Below, piece after piece: positions 8,913 through 18,342 of a DNA stretch of 53,122 bases. The notes under the pieces are model-generated. The model made no database searches. It saw nothing but the letters and a program-made list of their open reading frames with translations, and had not been told where the DNA came from. The stretch comes from a virus, in the IMG/VR virus record IMGVR_UViG_3300017971_000065; one strand, given 5' to 3'. Each line of letters opens with the position of its first letter. Position 1 is the first letter of the stretch. The translations under genes were made by a program, and so were the position numbers.

Positions 8913-10091
8913 TTATCCACCCCTTCCAGAATTTGACAGTATCTCCAATTCACTTGTCATGTAATCGACCATGTCCGTTGATACAACTGAATTCTCTGGA
9001 ATGTTAAAGATGACCGTCATGTTCGAGCCGACACTTGAAGGTGTCATCATGCCAGCACGACCAAGAACCTCTCCTCTGTGAGCATAGATAAGACCAGTGT
9101 CCTCAACTGTTCGAGCATAACCTGGCGCGGTCTGACCTTTGAAAGCGATAGCACCGATACCTGCGACAGCTCCTGCAATAATTCCAATCATGGCCGCAAC
9201 GTATGGGGCCGCACCTATTCCAAATGTGGCAGATCCGACCTTGGCCGCACCTTTGGCCACTTCTGCCGCCGTCTTAATCCAGTCCATGACAGCGGAAGCT
9301 TTGGTAATGGCCGTGTAGGCAATGATGGCTGCACCAAGACCTATGAGGACAACCCTCAACGCCCCACCTGCCTGAGTGAGTCCTTTCCACAACAGATAGA
9401 CACCGCCGAGCATTATCATCCATTTAGCCATTGACAACATCAATGCCTTATTCTCCATGTTCATGAACTGCATGGCTGCGGTCACGACTTGGATTGGGCC
9501 AAGCATGAACCTAACGGCTGTCGCTGCCTCTCTGAAAGAATTGGCCAGCATCTCATTCTCACCAGACATCTTCGCCATAGTTTCGAGAGTCTGGGTCATT
9601 GTTATACCCATGACGAACATACCGATTGACGCTTGCATTAGTTCTCTGCGTCTTGATTTTTCGAGATTGAGAAGTTCTGCCTTTCTTATAGCATCTTGTT
9701 CCTCTTGGATGGCGAGTTCCTTTTCTGCCTGTAACATTTCTCTGGCCGCAAGAATAGAGTCCTCCATTGACATTCCATATTCTTGCTGTACCCACACAGC
9801 ACGTTCAAGTTCGGCATTGTTTTGTTGAAGCTGATAAGAATTCTGTTCCCATTCTACTCGTTGTCTGGCAAGTTCAAAATTAGCGGTCTGGTCAACACCA
9901 ATCATCTCCTTTGTGATCATGTTCTTGCGTTCCATTTCGATGATGGTTTTCTCACGCCTCAACCCAGCTATCTTTTCTGCTTCAGTCTGTGTAAGCGTGT
10001 TCTGATAAACCTTCCTCAAATGGCTCTCAAGTCTTGCGATTTCTTTTTCACCAGTAACGGTGGCCTTCAGACCGAGATATATTTCTGCCAT
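8913..10091 (-). CDS. Tail tape measure protein
   Basis: Coiled-coil N-terminal half, Gly/Ala-rich hydrophobic C-terminal half, and position immediately after the frameshifted chaperone pair. Confidence 0.7.
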   Translation of the reverse strand: MAEIYLGLKATVTGEKEIARLESHLRKVYQNTLTQTEAEKIAGLRREKTIIEMERKNMITKEMIGVDQTANFELARQRVEWEQNSYQLQQNNAELERAVWVQQEYGMSMEDSILAAREMLQAEKELAIQEEQDAIRKAELLNLEKSRRRELMQASIGMFVMGITMTQTLETMAKMSGENEMLANSFREAATAVRFMLGPIQVVTAAMQFMNMENKALMLSMAKWMIMLGGVYLLWKGLTQAGGALRVVLIGLGAAIIAYTAITKASAVMDWIKTAAEVAKGAAKVGSATFGIGAAPYVAAMIGIIAGAVAGIGAIAFKGQTAPGYARTVEDTGLIYAHRGEVLGRAGMMTPSSVGSNMTVIFNIPENSVVSTDMVDYMTSELEILSNSGRGG

Positions 10092-10097
10092 TGTGCC

Positions 10098-10807
10098 TCA
10101 CTTTTCATCGGGATGTTTTAATGAACTCTTATAGTATTCGCTGTATTTAGATTTGTCGAAGTCTGGTTTGTGTTCTGGGTCGAATAGTTCAGGGTATTGC
10201 TCTTTCATTGAGTCGAGCCATCCCTCGATTGCGAACAACCCTATCGGGTTGTCTGGATTTGCCATCCAGTCAATGTCGTAAGGATATGGGATATTGAGGC
10301 CAAGATTATTGGCATTGGATATTACGGTCAGGAAATCGTGGACTATTCCTGACCTACCACGTTTTTTGCTTCGTCCACTTCTCTCTGTGTCAATCCAGCA
10401 AATGTGCCAAGCCTGGAATTTACAAGATAGACAATACTATCCCATACACCTGCTGGCTTGGTCGCTTTCAGATTAACTACATCGATGTGGTCAAGTCCAA
10501 GTGCCTCTGCCACGACCAGTTCATTCTCGAATTCCTTTGCGGTCATCGGGTCTTTTGGAAAGCGTTCCTGTGCTATTGCAGTCAGGTCTGCCTTCTTACT
10601 GGCCGGGAATGTGGTTATGTCGAGTTTCAGACGGTATGGTTGTTCTTGTCCGTTCTCCTCTACAACATAGTTCACATAGTCCGTGAAGCTTCCAAGCTGT
10701 TTCTGATTGCAGAAATCAGAAGTCAGCGTTACAGATTTCACTGGTAAGACACCAACGTGTGCCTTTTTCTTGTCCTCAGTTCCTTTTTCCTCATCTTTCT
10801 TTGCCAT
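10098..10807 (-). CDS. Tail assembly chaperone, -1 frameshift fusion product (gpGT-like)
   Basis: After A_AAA_AAC (10361-10367) the -1 frame stays open for about 87 codons. It stops at TGA 10098-10100, 6 nt before the tape-measure ATG (10091). Confidence 0.65.
10343..10807 (-). CDS. Tail assembly chaperone (gpG-like, zero-frame product)
   Basis: Directly upstream of the tape measure. GAGGTGATGTGATG start context. Slippery heptamer five codons before its stop. Confidence 0.7.
   Translation of the reverse strand: MAKKDEEKGTEDKKKAHVGVLPVKSVTLTSDFCNQKQLGSFTDYVNYVVEENGQEQPYRLKLDITTFPASKKADLTAIAQERFPKDPMTAKEFENELVVAEALGLDHIDVVNLKATKPAGVWDSIVYLVNSRLGTFAGLTQREVDEAKNVVGQE
10361..10367 (-). promoter_or_regulatory. 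-1 programmed ribosomal frameshift slippery heptamer A_AAA_AAC
   Basis: Zero-frame codons are GCA AAA AAC, which fits the X_XXY_YYZ pattern in correct phase. Confidence 0.65.
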
Positions 10808-10816
10808 CACATCACC

Positions 10817-11065
10817 TCATTCATCTGGGTGTTTCAATTTCGATCTGTCGGTTTCAAACCGACGAGTCTCTCTCATATTGGCATCCTCGATCAATGACAC
10901 ATTGGTAGCATCTACCCACGAGTTTACTTCTCTGCCACTTTTCGAGTCTATACCATGAATGTGATATTTACCAGTACCTTGATCAAAAGTTACTTTACCG
11001 ATTACGGTAATAGACTTATTGAACTGTATCTTGCACAGTTCCCCTTTAGGTCTTTTCGTTTCCAT
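10817..11065 (-). CDS. Hypothetical tail-module protein (82 aa from ATG 11065)
   Basis: GTGATGTGATG start context at 11065; the track ORF extends to 11167 without SD support. Confidence 0.5.
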   Translation of the reverse strand: METKRPKGELCKIQFNKSITVIGKVTFDQGTGKYHIHGIDSKSGREVNSWVDATNVSLIEDANMRETRRFETDRSKLKHPDE

Positions 11066-11195
11066 CACATCACGTTTTTCGAGGAGGTCGAAGAGCCCAT
11101 CCAGACGAACAAAATTCGTCAGGAGGTAAATCTGTCGAAAGGATGTAAAGCCCAGATGGGCTCTCACCGACCATAGTCGACTATTTTACATCTGA

Positions 11196-12146
11196 TTAGG
11201 CAAGTGGTGGATTTTTCAATCCATAGTCGTAATCGAATATGGATATATCCACAGTTGTTATTCCCGGTGATACGACGATCTCCGAGATATTGTCGAAGTA
11301 TTTCTCTCCGAGCAATGAGGCTTCTTGGGCCGTGAATACCTCGCTGAATGGCTGTCTGCACACATTCAGGCCCTTCACGGTTATCGTGCCTGTTCCAGTG
11401 AGGTTATCGAGCAGGACATTGAGCCTTGTATGTTCTCTTGGTTGTGCTGATGGCGAATAGCTTCCAGGCCCAACACCAGTATCGTCATAGATTGTCTGCT
11501 GATTTGTCGGGAACACGAACTTTTTGAACCGTCTGAAATACCTTCTGGTGACAGGTACGGTCAGACGGATGGCAGAGTCATCTGACTCCTCAAGCGAGTC
11601 GAACAGGCAGAACATATGCTTGATTAACATATCGCACTTGACGGCGTTCATGTTCATCAGGATATTTCCGTTAGCATCTCTTGGATTGCGGAGAACCCAG
11701 ATATCGAACCAACGAAAATATCTGCCAGGTTCAAGACTCAGTCTGTCTGGATTCCACTTTCCGTCACAGGCCCCTTCGAGCCTGTTCTCTCCCTTTGGCT
11801 TGTCGAAAGACATATTGCCAGAGTACATTGAGTGACCCTTGACAAAGTCTTTCTCTCTTGCCGTGTCTTGAGAGTCGATCTTGTCCGGTTCATTCTTGAA
11901 GCCGAGTGCTGTCTGTCCGAATAAGATTTCAAAAGATGGTCGCCATGCTTTCGATTTCACGAAGGTTGGATCTGCCTCACATGGTACTGGAAGTCCATCG
12001 TCATCCCCCTGTTCCCAAGTCGGTTCTCCATCCCTGTTTATAGTTCCAAGAGGAGGGATGTTACAAACGTCTGTTCCTACGTTGGGGAACCCAGTTTCAA
12101 TGCTTTTTATCACGATGAGAGTGTCCTTCGTGTTCTCTAAATCCAT
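11196..12146 (-). CDS. Putative major tail (tube) protein
   Basis: Position upstream of the chaperone/tape-measure genes. AGGTGA SD 5 nt before ATG 12146. Has its own TATA box upstream. Confidence 0.45.
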   Translation of the reverse strand: MDLENTKDTLIVIKSIETGFPNVGTDVCNIPPLGTINRDGEPTWEQGDDDGLPVPCEADPTFVKSKAWRPSFEILFGQTALGFKNEPDKIDSQDTAREKDFVKGHSMYSGNMSFDKPKGENRLEGACDGKWNPDRLSLEPGRYFRWFDIWVLRNPRDANGNILMNMNAVKCDMLIKHMFCLFDSLEESDDSAIRLTVPVTRRYFRRFKKFVFPTNQQTIYDDTGVGPGSYSPSAQPREHTRLNVLLDNLTGTGTITVKGLNVCRQPFSEVFTAQEASLLGEKYFDNISEIVVSPGITTVDISIFDYDYGLKNPPLA

Positions 12147-12178
12147 AAGACTCACCTACAAACCAATATCGTTATTAC

Positions 12179-12186
12179 TATATAAA
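12179..12186 (-). promoter_or_regulatory. TATA box (TTTATATA on minus strand) for the tail tube operon
   Basis: About 33 nt upstream of ATG 12146, in the 40-nt intergenic gap. Confidence 0.4.
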
Positions 12187-12195
12187 TATGTTTGC

Positions 12196-12807
12196 CTAAT
12201 AAACATTTATGTCGCCAAGTACGTTTTTCACGATGAGAGATGAGATGAATTGTGGCGGTGGTGAAACAATCTCCAATTCCTTGAGCTTTCTCTCAACCGC
12301 TTCTTTCAGGACATCTTCTATTCTCCTTGAGGCAATGTTCATGAACGGTCTGGCAATAGTGATTCCACTCTTACCATCATGTACATCACCGATATAGACT
12401 GGCTCTGTAAAGTTCGTGCCGATTCTGACCTCTTTTCCTCTTGTGATACTTACACTGCCAAGTGGTTGATTGAGAACTCCTTTATGAAGATCACCAGTTA
12501 GAATTCCAAGACCATGACTTATTCCACCATATCCTTCTATGATTATCCCTCTGTCAAAAGAATACAATGGTTCTCCTTTCGACTTTTTGACTGCATATCC
12601 ACCAATGTTGTCTGGTATTTCAGCAGACGGTTCACCAGTTTCTATGACTTCGGCTGCAACCTCTTTTACAGCATCGAACACATCATACAGGATTTCTGCC
12701 AGAAAATCGGTGAATCCGTCTTTTTGTAGATGTTCGAGATTTGACAGAGTCTCTACGAGATTTCTGGTTATGATGTCAAGATGTATTGAACTCATCATAT
12801 ACCTCAC
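12196..12807 (-). CDS. Head-tail joining / tail completion protein candidate
   Basis: 203 aa, between the connector-region genes and the tail tube gene. GTGA overlap with the upstream gene; ATG 12798 is an alternative start. Confidence 0.5.
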   Translation of the reverse strand: MRYMMSSIHLDIITRNLVETLSNLEHLQKDGFTDFLAEILYDVFDAVKEVAAEVIETGEPSAEIPDNIGGYAVKKSKGEPLYSFDRGIIIEGYGGISHGLGILTGDLHKGVLNQPLGSVSITRGKEVRIGTNFTEPVYIGDVHDGKSGITIARPFMNIASRRIEDVLKEAVERKLKELEIVSPPPQFISSLIVKNVLGDINVY

Positions 12808-13331
12808 AGATATTCTTTCTGGAAAATGACATCAAAAGACACCTGTATGCACGAAAGACCTGGATTTCTGTTGTAATTCAGTATCCAAAGTTCACCAATC
12901 GGCATGATATTGTCAAACTTGATACCAGTGATGTCATTGTTGAAGTAGTCATAATTCTCCGAGACAATACGATAGATTATATCTCTGATGACAGTGATAC
13001 CATCCTCTGCCCTCTTGTAATGTCTGCCAAAGTAGTCGAACTCGTTGTTATCGTGCATGAGTATTTCCATCACGATCACTTTCTTTATGATGTCTGCTCT
13101 TGCACCTTCCTTCGAGACTGGTTGGCCCCATTTCGCTTCTCGCCATCTGCCCATGAACAGACGAATTCCAGGCACTTTGCCATAGTCCTCTGGTGCTCGA
13201 AGTTTTATGATACGGATATCCTTTATAATCGTGTCGAGTTCATGGTTCTTGAACTTGTCCTCAAGCAAAGCTTTGAACAAGTCAAGTTCAGAATATCCAA
13301 CATCAAATGCCTTTGATCGCTGTTGTGCCAT
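12804..13331 (-). CDS. Head-tail joining protein candidate
   Basis: 175 aa; assignment by position only. Confidence 0.5.
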   Translation of the reverse strand: MAQQRSKAFDVGYSELDLFKALLEDKFKNHELDTIIKDIRIIKLRAPEDYGKVPGIRLFMGRWREAKWGQPVSKEGARADIIKKVIVMEILMHDNNEFDYFGRHYKRAEDGITVIRDIIYRIVSENYDYFNNDITGIKFDNIMPIGELWILNYNRNPGLSCIQVSFDVIFQKEYL

Positions 13332-13340
13332 TTAATCACC

Positions 13341-13601
13341 TCAAATTCGTGATACGCCTGTCGGAGGATCTGGTCTGACAATCGAGTACGACTCCTCGAA
13401 TATGTCTACCTTACACGGATACCTTTCACCTGCAATACCGATCAAGAGATAATCACCGGGTTGTCCAGTGACTCTCCCTTCTGGTGTATCGACAAAGAAT
13501 TTTGTGGACATCTTGAGTGCCTTTATAATTACTGGCTTCTTTTTCGCCCGAACATCGAAGGCAGACTCAGGTATCGTATTCCCGTTAATTCCTTCAGACA
13601 T
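13341..13601 (-). CDS. Hypothetical protein (86 aa), first gene after the promoter at 13628-13640
   Basis: GGTGATGTGATG start context; QPGDYLLIG...ERYPCKVDIFEESY. Confidence 0.55.
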   Translation of the reverse strand: MSEGINGNTIPESAFDVRAKKKPVIIKALKMSTKFFVDTPEGRVTGQPGDYLLIGIAGERYPCKVDIFEESYSIVRPDPPTGVSRI

Positions 13602-13627
13602 CACATCACCGTATCATTATTCTTTAT

Positions 13628-13640
13628 GTAGTATTTAAAT
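13628..13640 (-). promoter_or_regulatory. Archaeal TATA-box promoter, TTTAAATACTAC (minus strand)
   Basis: Shares the TTTAAATACT core with the elements at 31239-31250, 31442-31452 and 43776-43786; about 30-35 nt upstream of ATG 13601. Confidence 0.5.
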
Positions 13641-13772
13641 CATTCGAGCAAATACAGACCCAGACATATCAAAATGAAAGCAAGAAAGTCGAGAAATAGA
13701 AATATCTTGATTTGTCTCCTACGTCTCCTTATTCCAGCTTTGTAGCCATTCGGATCATCATCTGATGTTAAC

Positions 13773-13781
13773 AAAAAAAAA
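13773..13781 (-). terminator. Oligo-T terminator (T9 on the minus strand, preceded by a C-rich run)
   Basis: Minus-strand CCTCCCCCCTTTTTTTTTGT about 20 nt after the stop of gene 13803..14495. Confidence 0.5.
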
Positions 13782-13802
13782 GGGGGGAGGTAATCGTGAA
13801 GG

Positions 13803-14495
13803 TTACTCTTGGACTAGTCTGAATGTGTACACCCCACTTTCAGAAATCTCCTGAATAGCAGAGTCCTCATATCCAGCCATCTTGAGCTTGACTTCATATG
13901 GGTCTTGTGTTTCTGTATCAATGGCCAGTAGTTCAATATCGACAATGCCATCTTTCCAAGTTGTACTCACCCATTCATTATTGACATAGACTCTTGCACC
14001 TGGCAGTTCATCATCTGTCGCGTCATCGATCGCTTTAATCTCAACCTGAATCGAAGGTGGATAAGTCGTATCAGCCCGAGGTTTTGTATATGGATAGAAC
14101 TGAGTCTTAATCCATGCTTCATTGATCTCATAGTCTCTCTTGTAATCGGCCATGACCTGTGCATAGTTTGGTGTCCCACCCGGAATATTGAGCCTGTTTG
14201 CCTGTATCATCATCAGGACTCTGACGACAACTCTGAAAAGGACAACATCTTCCGCAATGGATAATAGATTACTGGCTTGAGGATTGTTATCGAGGTCTGA
14301 ACGTAGAATACCTACAAATGCGTAGAATTTGGCTTCCTCTTTGTCACACCACCGACTTATAACATCGTCCATCGTGGCAAGGTCAAAGTGGGTCTGGGTA
14401 TCCCTGTTCAGAATCTTTTGAAGCTCACGCTTAACGTCCTCTGGCGTACAGAGTTGTTTGCCTTCTCTATCTTCTGAGTCAGGAACTTCTCCCAT
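13803..14495 (-). CDS. Head-tail connector (gp6-like N-terminus) with C-terminal Ig/carboxypeptidase-regulatory-like domain
   Basis: TPEDVKRELQKIL... resembles the gp6-type connector N-terminus. The C-terminal beta-rich segment ARVYVNNEWV...GVYTFRL looks like an Ig-type fold. Confidence 0.45.
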   Translation of the reverse strand: MGEVPDSEDREGKQLCTPEDVKRELQKILNRDTQTHFDLATMDDVISRWCDKEEAKFYAFVGILRSDLDNNPQASNLLSIAEDVVLFRVVVRVLMMIQANRLNIPGGTPNYAQVMADYKRDYEINEAWIKTQFYPYTKPRADTTYPPSIQVEIKAIDDATDDELPGARVYVNNEWVSTTWKDGIVDIELLAIDTETQDPYEVKLKMAGYEDSAIQEISESGVYTFRLVQE

Positions 14496-14503
14496 TGCCT
14501 CAC

Positions 14504-17341
14504 CTATGGATAATCGATGTACCGATCAACCTGTTTCCACTTCTTGCCATTCGCTATGAACGTGAACAGATATTTACCAGACGGAAGTCCACCAACATAG
14601 TGTCCGAATTGATTCGTGAAGTTATCGTATGGTGGATTGGGGCCAAGTATTGGGACGTTGACATCGACAGGGTCGTACAGGTACGCTTTGATACGACAGA
14701 TTAGAGGCTGTCCAGCGTCATCCCTTATAGGCCCTGCCATTTCGTCTGTCCACTCGTGCTTGATACCGAACTCGTCTATCCAACCATCATGGTCGAACAC
14801 AATTGTACTTGGCGGTATGGCCCCACCTATCGCCTCGTTGATTTGTTTTTCAGAGGCAGGGCGTAGGCACAACTCGAAGTCGAATGGATAGTCTCTTGTC
14901 TGGCCATCAACTTCTACGCCGATAGTTCCAGACCTCTTGCCAGCAACTACATCAAGAGTGTAGTCGATGTATCCGATATATCTCCCTTCCGCAGCCTCCC
15001 ACGCCATTGTCGATGTTTTCTCGACACCAACGAGGTCATGGACAATGCTGAACGATGGCAGAGAGTCGGCCTGGATGTTCGGCTGTCCATCCTTTCTACG
15101 AAGTGCTATGTGGAACATCATCCTCGTCAACTCGTAGATGGACTCTCCAACATCATGGTCTTTCGATGTCGGTGACATCGTGATTACATCATCGACAATG
15201 CCTGAATAGTATAACTGCTCCTCGTTTGGGCCATCCTTGTCAACGATGATGATACCGCCATCAGAACTGAACGTCTCACCAGTTCCAGGCACAAGTGGAA
15301 GTTCAGTTGCGCCAGTCAGGATTGGATTTTCACTGTCAATGATGGAATAGCCAGACTTGATGAAGCCTGGGTTTGCCCACGATATGACACCTTCAACATC
15401 ATCCCTAATGGTTTCCACGATTGCCTGGTTCTCATCGATTTCAGATGTCAGATGACCTTCCATAGATGTCAACTGTTCTGGAATTGTCGGGGATGGCGTT
15501 CCAGCACCAGTCTTGATATAGATTGCACCAGTATCAGCTTTGATTTCTGCCAGCTCGTCATCATAGTCAGTTACCTCTGTCACACGGATTAGGACTCTCG
15601 GGTTGCCTCCCTCTACTGCGTCAACCTGAACGGCGACAGCACCAAGAGTATCGTCAAAGGCTACATTGATGGTATGTTCATAATGTCCTGTTCCTATCTT
15701 TGTCATCGTTGTTGAAGCGAAGTAACTTCCACCGCTCACGTAGTCTCCCTTGATCGATGGGTCAGCGTCGAAGTCCTCCATGTTTCCAACAGAGTCATAG
15801 TTCAGGACAATGAACTTGTATGGCTTCGTTCCAGTATCAGGCCGGACTAGTCTCTCTGGCACGATGAATACTGTTGTGATGTTGTTCTGGATTTGAATGA
15901 TGGCATTGTAATTGGCCAGAAGTTGAGCATCGACAAGGTCGAACCTGTTGTTCATGTCTGTCATCAAGTCGACTATCGGTGTTCCAATTATAGACTTGAT
16001 ATCAGTATCATGCGTGGCCAGATTGCCAGTCAGAGTTATTATGAGGGCTTCGTTGGCATCAATCTCTGCCTTTATGTCAGTCCAAAGGTCTGTCGGTGGA
16101 AGTCCTATTCTGGACAGTATCGTGTTGATGTCAGTCTGGATATTGTCAATCTTTCCTTCATTAACATTGATCTCGGCAATGATGTTCGCTTCGGCGGTGT
16201 CCAGTTCTGCTTTTGTCGGTGGATCATAAGCTACAAGAGAAGCCGTTGCCTGTGTCTGAATGTCATTCAAATCGGCAGTATCGAATCCACCGTCAGAATC
16301 GGCAGTTCCTCTCAACTTCGCTTTTGATGGCAACTTGCCCTGAATTTCATTAGAGTCAACGAGGACATCTGACAGAACCTTTCCAGCATCCTGACCAGTG
16401 TATGGGCCTGGAACATCTTCAGACCAGACAGCACTTGCGATTGCACTCGGTGTCAATGCACTTCCTGCCGATGTGAACCTTGAGATTATCACGAATGGAT
16501 CATCACCGGATGGTGTTGAGGAGAACGCTGTATCGACAGTGATGAACTTCGTTGCTGAAACGTAGTCCGAAATTCTCCTTGCCTGTCCTTTCAATGCACC
16601 ATCCAGAAATAGAATCTGAAGGTCATTGTAGAAGTCATTGACTGCACTTGGAAGGTCTGTCTTGAATGTCAGAGATGTGTTGCTTCCATCTGTTACGACA
16701 ATTCCATATTGCATGGAAGTTTCCTGTGGTGTATAGCGTTGGAGAACGTAGATATGATTTCCGTCGCCAGGTGTAGTATTGAATGGACGATCAACAGTAA
16801 CAATCTTGTTCGTTCCATCATAGTCAACAATTCTCCTTACTTGAGTATCATTTGGGCCTGTGTTGAAAACGATCATCATATCAACGTAGAACCCATCTAC
16901 ACTTGATGGTAGATTTGTCTTGAACTGACTTGGAGAATTGCTTCCCCAAGTCTGAATCTGGCCACCGTACTTGCATGTCACATCGAACAGAACGTCAATG
17001 TTTGTTGAAATATCAGACAAACCATTCCACAAGTTGTTTGCGTAGAATTCCTCAGTCACATACGCAGGAATCGTAGTCTCCTCGTAATACACAACGAAGA
17101 TGTCATTTGAACTTCCAACACCAGTAGATGAGAAATTGAAGTAGTATAGACCGTTCCCGATCTCCGTCATGGCATTATCATATTTCGTTGCTTGCCATGT
17201 GGAACCAGTTCCGTTCCACCACTGACCATCGGAAGCTCTCCTGATGGAACAATCCACCGACTTTCCTGTTGCTGGACTACCATCAGCATTCAGTATAAGA
17301 ACGGTCATCTGCTTCATTGCTTGTGTAGGTATTAGGCTCAT
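14504..17341 (-). CDS. Fibre-like structural protein (945 aa) with tandem domain duplication and coiled coil
   Basis: Two about 65-aa repeats (FKTNLPSSVDGFY...ITVDRPF / FKTDLPSAVNDFY...ITVDTAF) and a heptad-like central region (NIQTDINTILSRIG...). Confidence 0.6.
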   Translation of the reverse strand: MSLIPTQAMKQMTVLILNADGSPATGKSVDCSIRRASDGQWWNGTGSTWQATKYDNAMTEIGNGLYYFNFSSTGVGSSNDIFVVYYEETTIPAYVTEEFYANNLWNGLSDISTNIDVLFDVTCKYGGQIQTWGSNSPSQFKTNLPSSVDGFYVDMMIVFNTGPNDTQVRRIVDYDGTNKIVTVDRPFNTTPGDGNHIYVLQRYTPQETSMQYGIVVTDGSNTSLTFKTDLPSAVNDFYNDLQILFLDGALKGQARRISDYVSATKFITVDTAFSSTPSGDDPFVIISRFTSAGSALTPSAIASAVWSEDVPGPYTGQDAGKVLSDVLVDSNEIQGKLPSKAKLRGTADSDGGFDTADLNDIQTQATASLVAYDPPTKAELDTAEANIIAEINVNEGKIDNIQTDINTILSRIGLPPTDLWTDIKAEIDANEALIITLTGNLATHDTDIKSIIGTPIVDLMTDMNNRFDLVDAQLLANYNAIIQIQNNITTVFIVPERLVRPDTGTKPYKFIVLNYDSVGNMEDFDADPSIKGDYVSGGSYFASTTMTKIGTGHYEHTINVAFDDTLGAVAVQVDAVEGGNPRVLIRVTEVTDYDDELAEIKADTGAIYIKTGAGTPSPTIPEQLTSMEGHLTSEIDENQAIVETIRDDVEGVISWANPGFIKSGYSIIDSENPILTGATELPLVPGTGETFSSDGGIIIVDKDGPNEEQLYYSGIVDDVITMSPTSKDHDVGESIYELTRMMFHIALRRKDGQPNIQADSLPSFSIVHDLVGVEKTSTMAWEAAEGRYIGYIDYTLDVVAGKRSGTIGVEVDGQTRDYPFDFELCLRPASEKQINEAIGGAIPPSTIVFDHDGWIDEFGIKHEWTDEMAGPIRDDAGQPLICRIKAYLYDPVDVNVPILGPNPPYDNFTNQFGHYVGGLPSGKYLFTFIANGKKWKQVDRYIDYP

Positions 17342-17352
17342 TATCTCATCTC

Positions 17353-18333
17353 CTAACTATATGTCGCAGCACCCTTGATTTTAGTGCTGTCCCAGTCATA
17401 TTTCAATTTGAATTCGGTCAAACTCATAGTGTGATTTCCAGACCCAGCTGGATTGTATGTCACATTGTCCACATATGCCCACAACTCGACATGGTCATCT
17501 GCATTGAATGGGCCAAGATCGTCAGAAAGAACCAAGTCCAGAAAGTCGTTAGAATCCATTCTTGTATCGAACTCTGAACCTATCGGTGAACCGTTCTTGT
17601 ATATCTTGGCTATTCCATTCGGGATGAACATTATCTCGAACATGAAATCGTATGATGAATATTCCTGAGTTGATACTGGAGGTGTTCCAGTACAGAAGAA
17701 CGAGAAGCTCTCGACATCTGCATTGCGATAGAACGTCCTGATATAGTTACTTGCGTCACCATTATCATATTCGAGAAACACATAATAACCATTCGGAAGT
17801 TCATATCTTGGATATGAATTAGTGAACTCATACCAAGTGGCAGTTCCAGATATCGTGCTGACATCTATCGAACCAATCGTGTCCTTAATAGTTCCGGCTG
17901 GTTGATGAACACGAACATAAAGAGTCCCTGTCGGGTTTCCTATTTTCTGCAACTTGACCTTGATTTTCCATATGGCAGAATTATTCAGACCGGGAGCACA
18001 TTTCATACCGACCCATGCCTTTCCACCAGCTGGCCCTTCAGCCCCACCACCAATAGACTGTTGCTGAACGCCAGTCGTTTGAGATATATCATAGCTTCCA
18101 GCAACGAGATTTCCAAGAACACTTGCCCTCACTTCATCAAGTATCTCATTGTCAAGAGTGGCAATGCACTTCCCTTCTGAAGCCAGACTTCTTTGTAGGT
18201 CGATGGACAACTGCTTTGTATATGATGACTGATTAACAGCTTTTGGAACACCACTATGAGCAAGTCTATCAGTATCCGAAGCGATAATCGGATAGATATG
18301 CGTATGAATTTCAGGCTTCGCTGTTTTCGACAT
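17353..18333 (-). CDS. Structural protein, beta-sandwich-like (326 aa)
   Basis: Long ORF in the structural block; no specific motif. Confidence 0.5.
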   Translation of the reverse strand: MSKTAKPEIHTHIYPIIASDTDRLAHSGVPKAVNQSSYTKQLSIDLQRSLASEGKCIATLDNEILDEVRASVLGNLVAGSYDISQTTGVQQQSIGGGAEGPAGGKAWVGMKCAPGLNNSAIWKIKVKLQKIGNPTGTLYVRVHQPAGTIKDTIGSIDVSTISGTATWYEFTNSYPRYELPNGYYVFLEYDNGDASNYIRTFYRNADVESFSFFCTGTPPVSTQEYSSYDFMFEIMFIPNGIAKIYKNGSPIGSEFDTRMDSNDFLDLVLSDDLGPFNADDHVELWAYVDNVTYNPAGSGNHTMSLTEFKLKYDWDSTKIKGAATYS

Positions 18334-18342
18334 TGAATTTCC

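Noticed and set aside
11149-11162. Short palindrome AGCCCA-GA-TGGGCT after the putative tail tube gene, considered as a terminator.
   Set aside because: The loop is too small for the full stem, leaving an effective 4-bp stem, and there is no clear oligo-T tract. Too weak to call.
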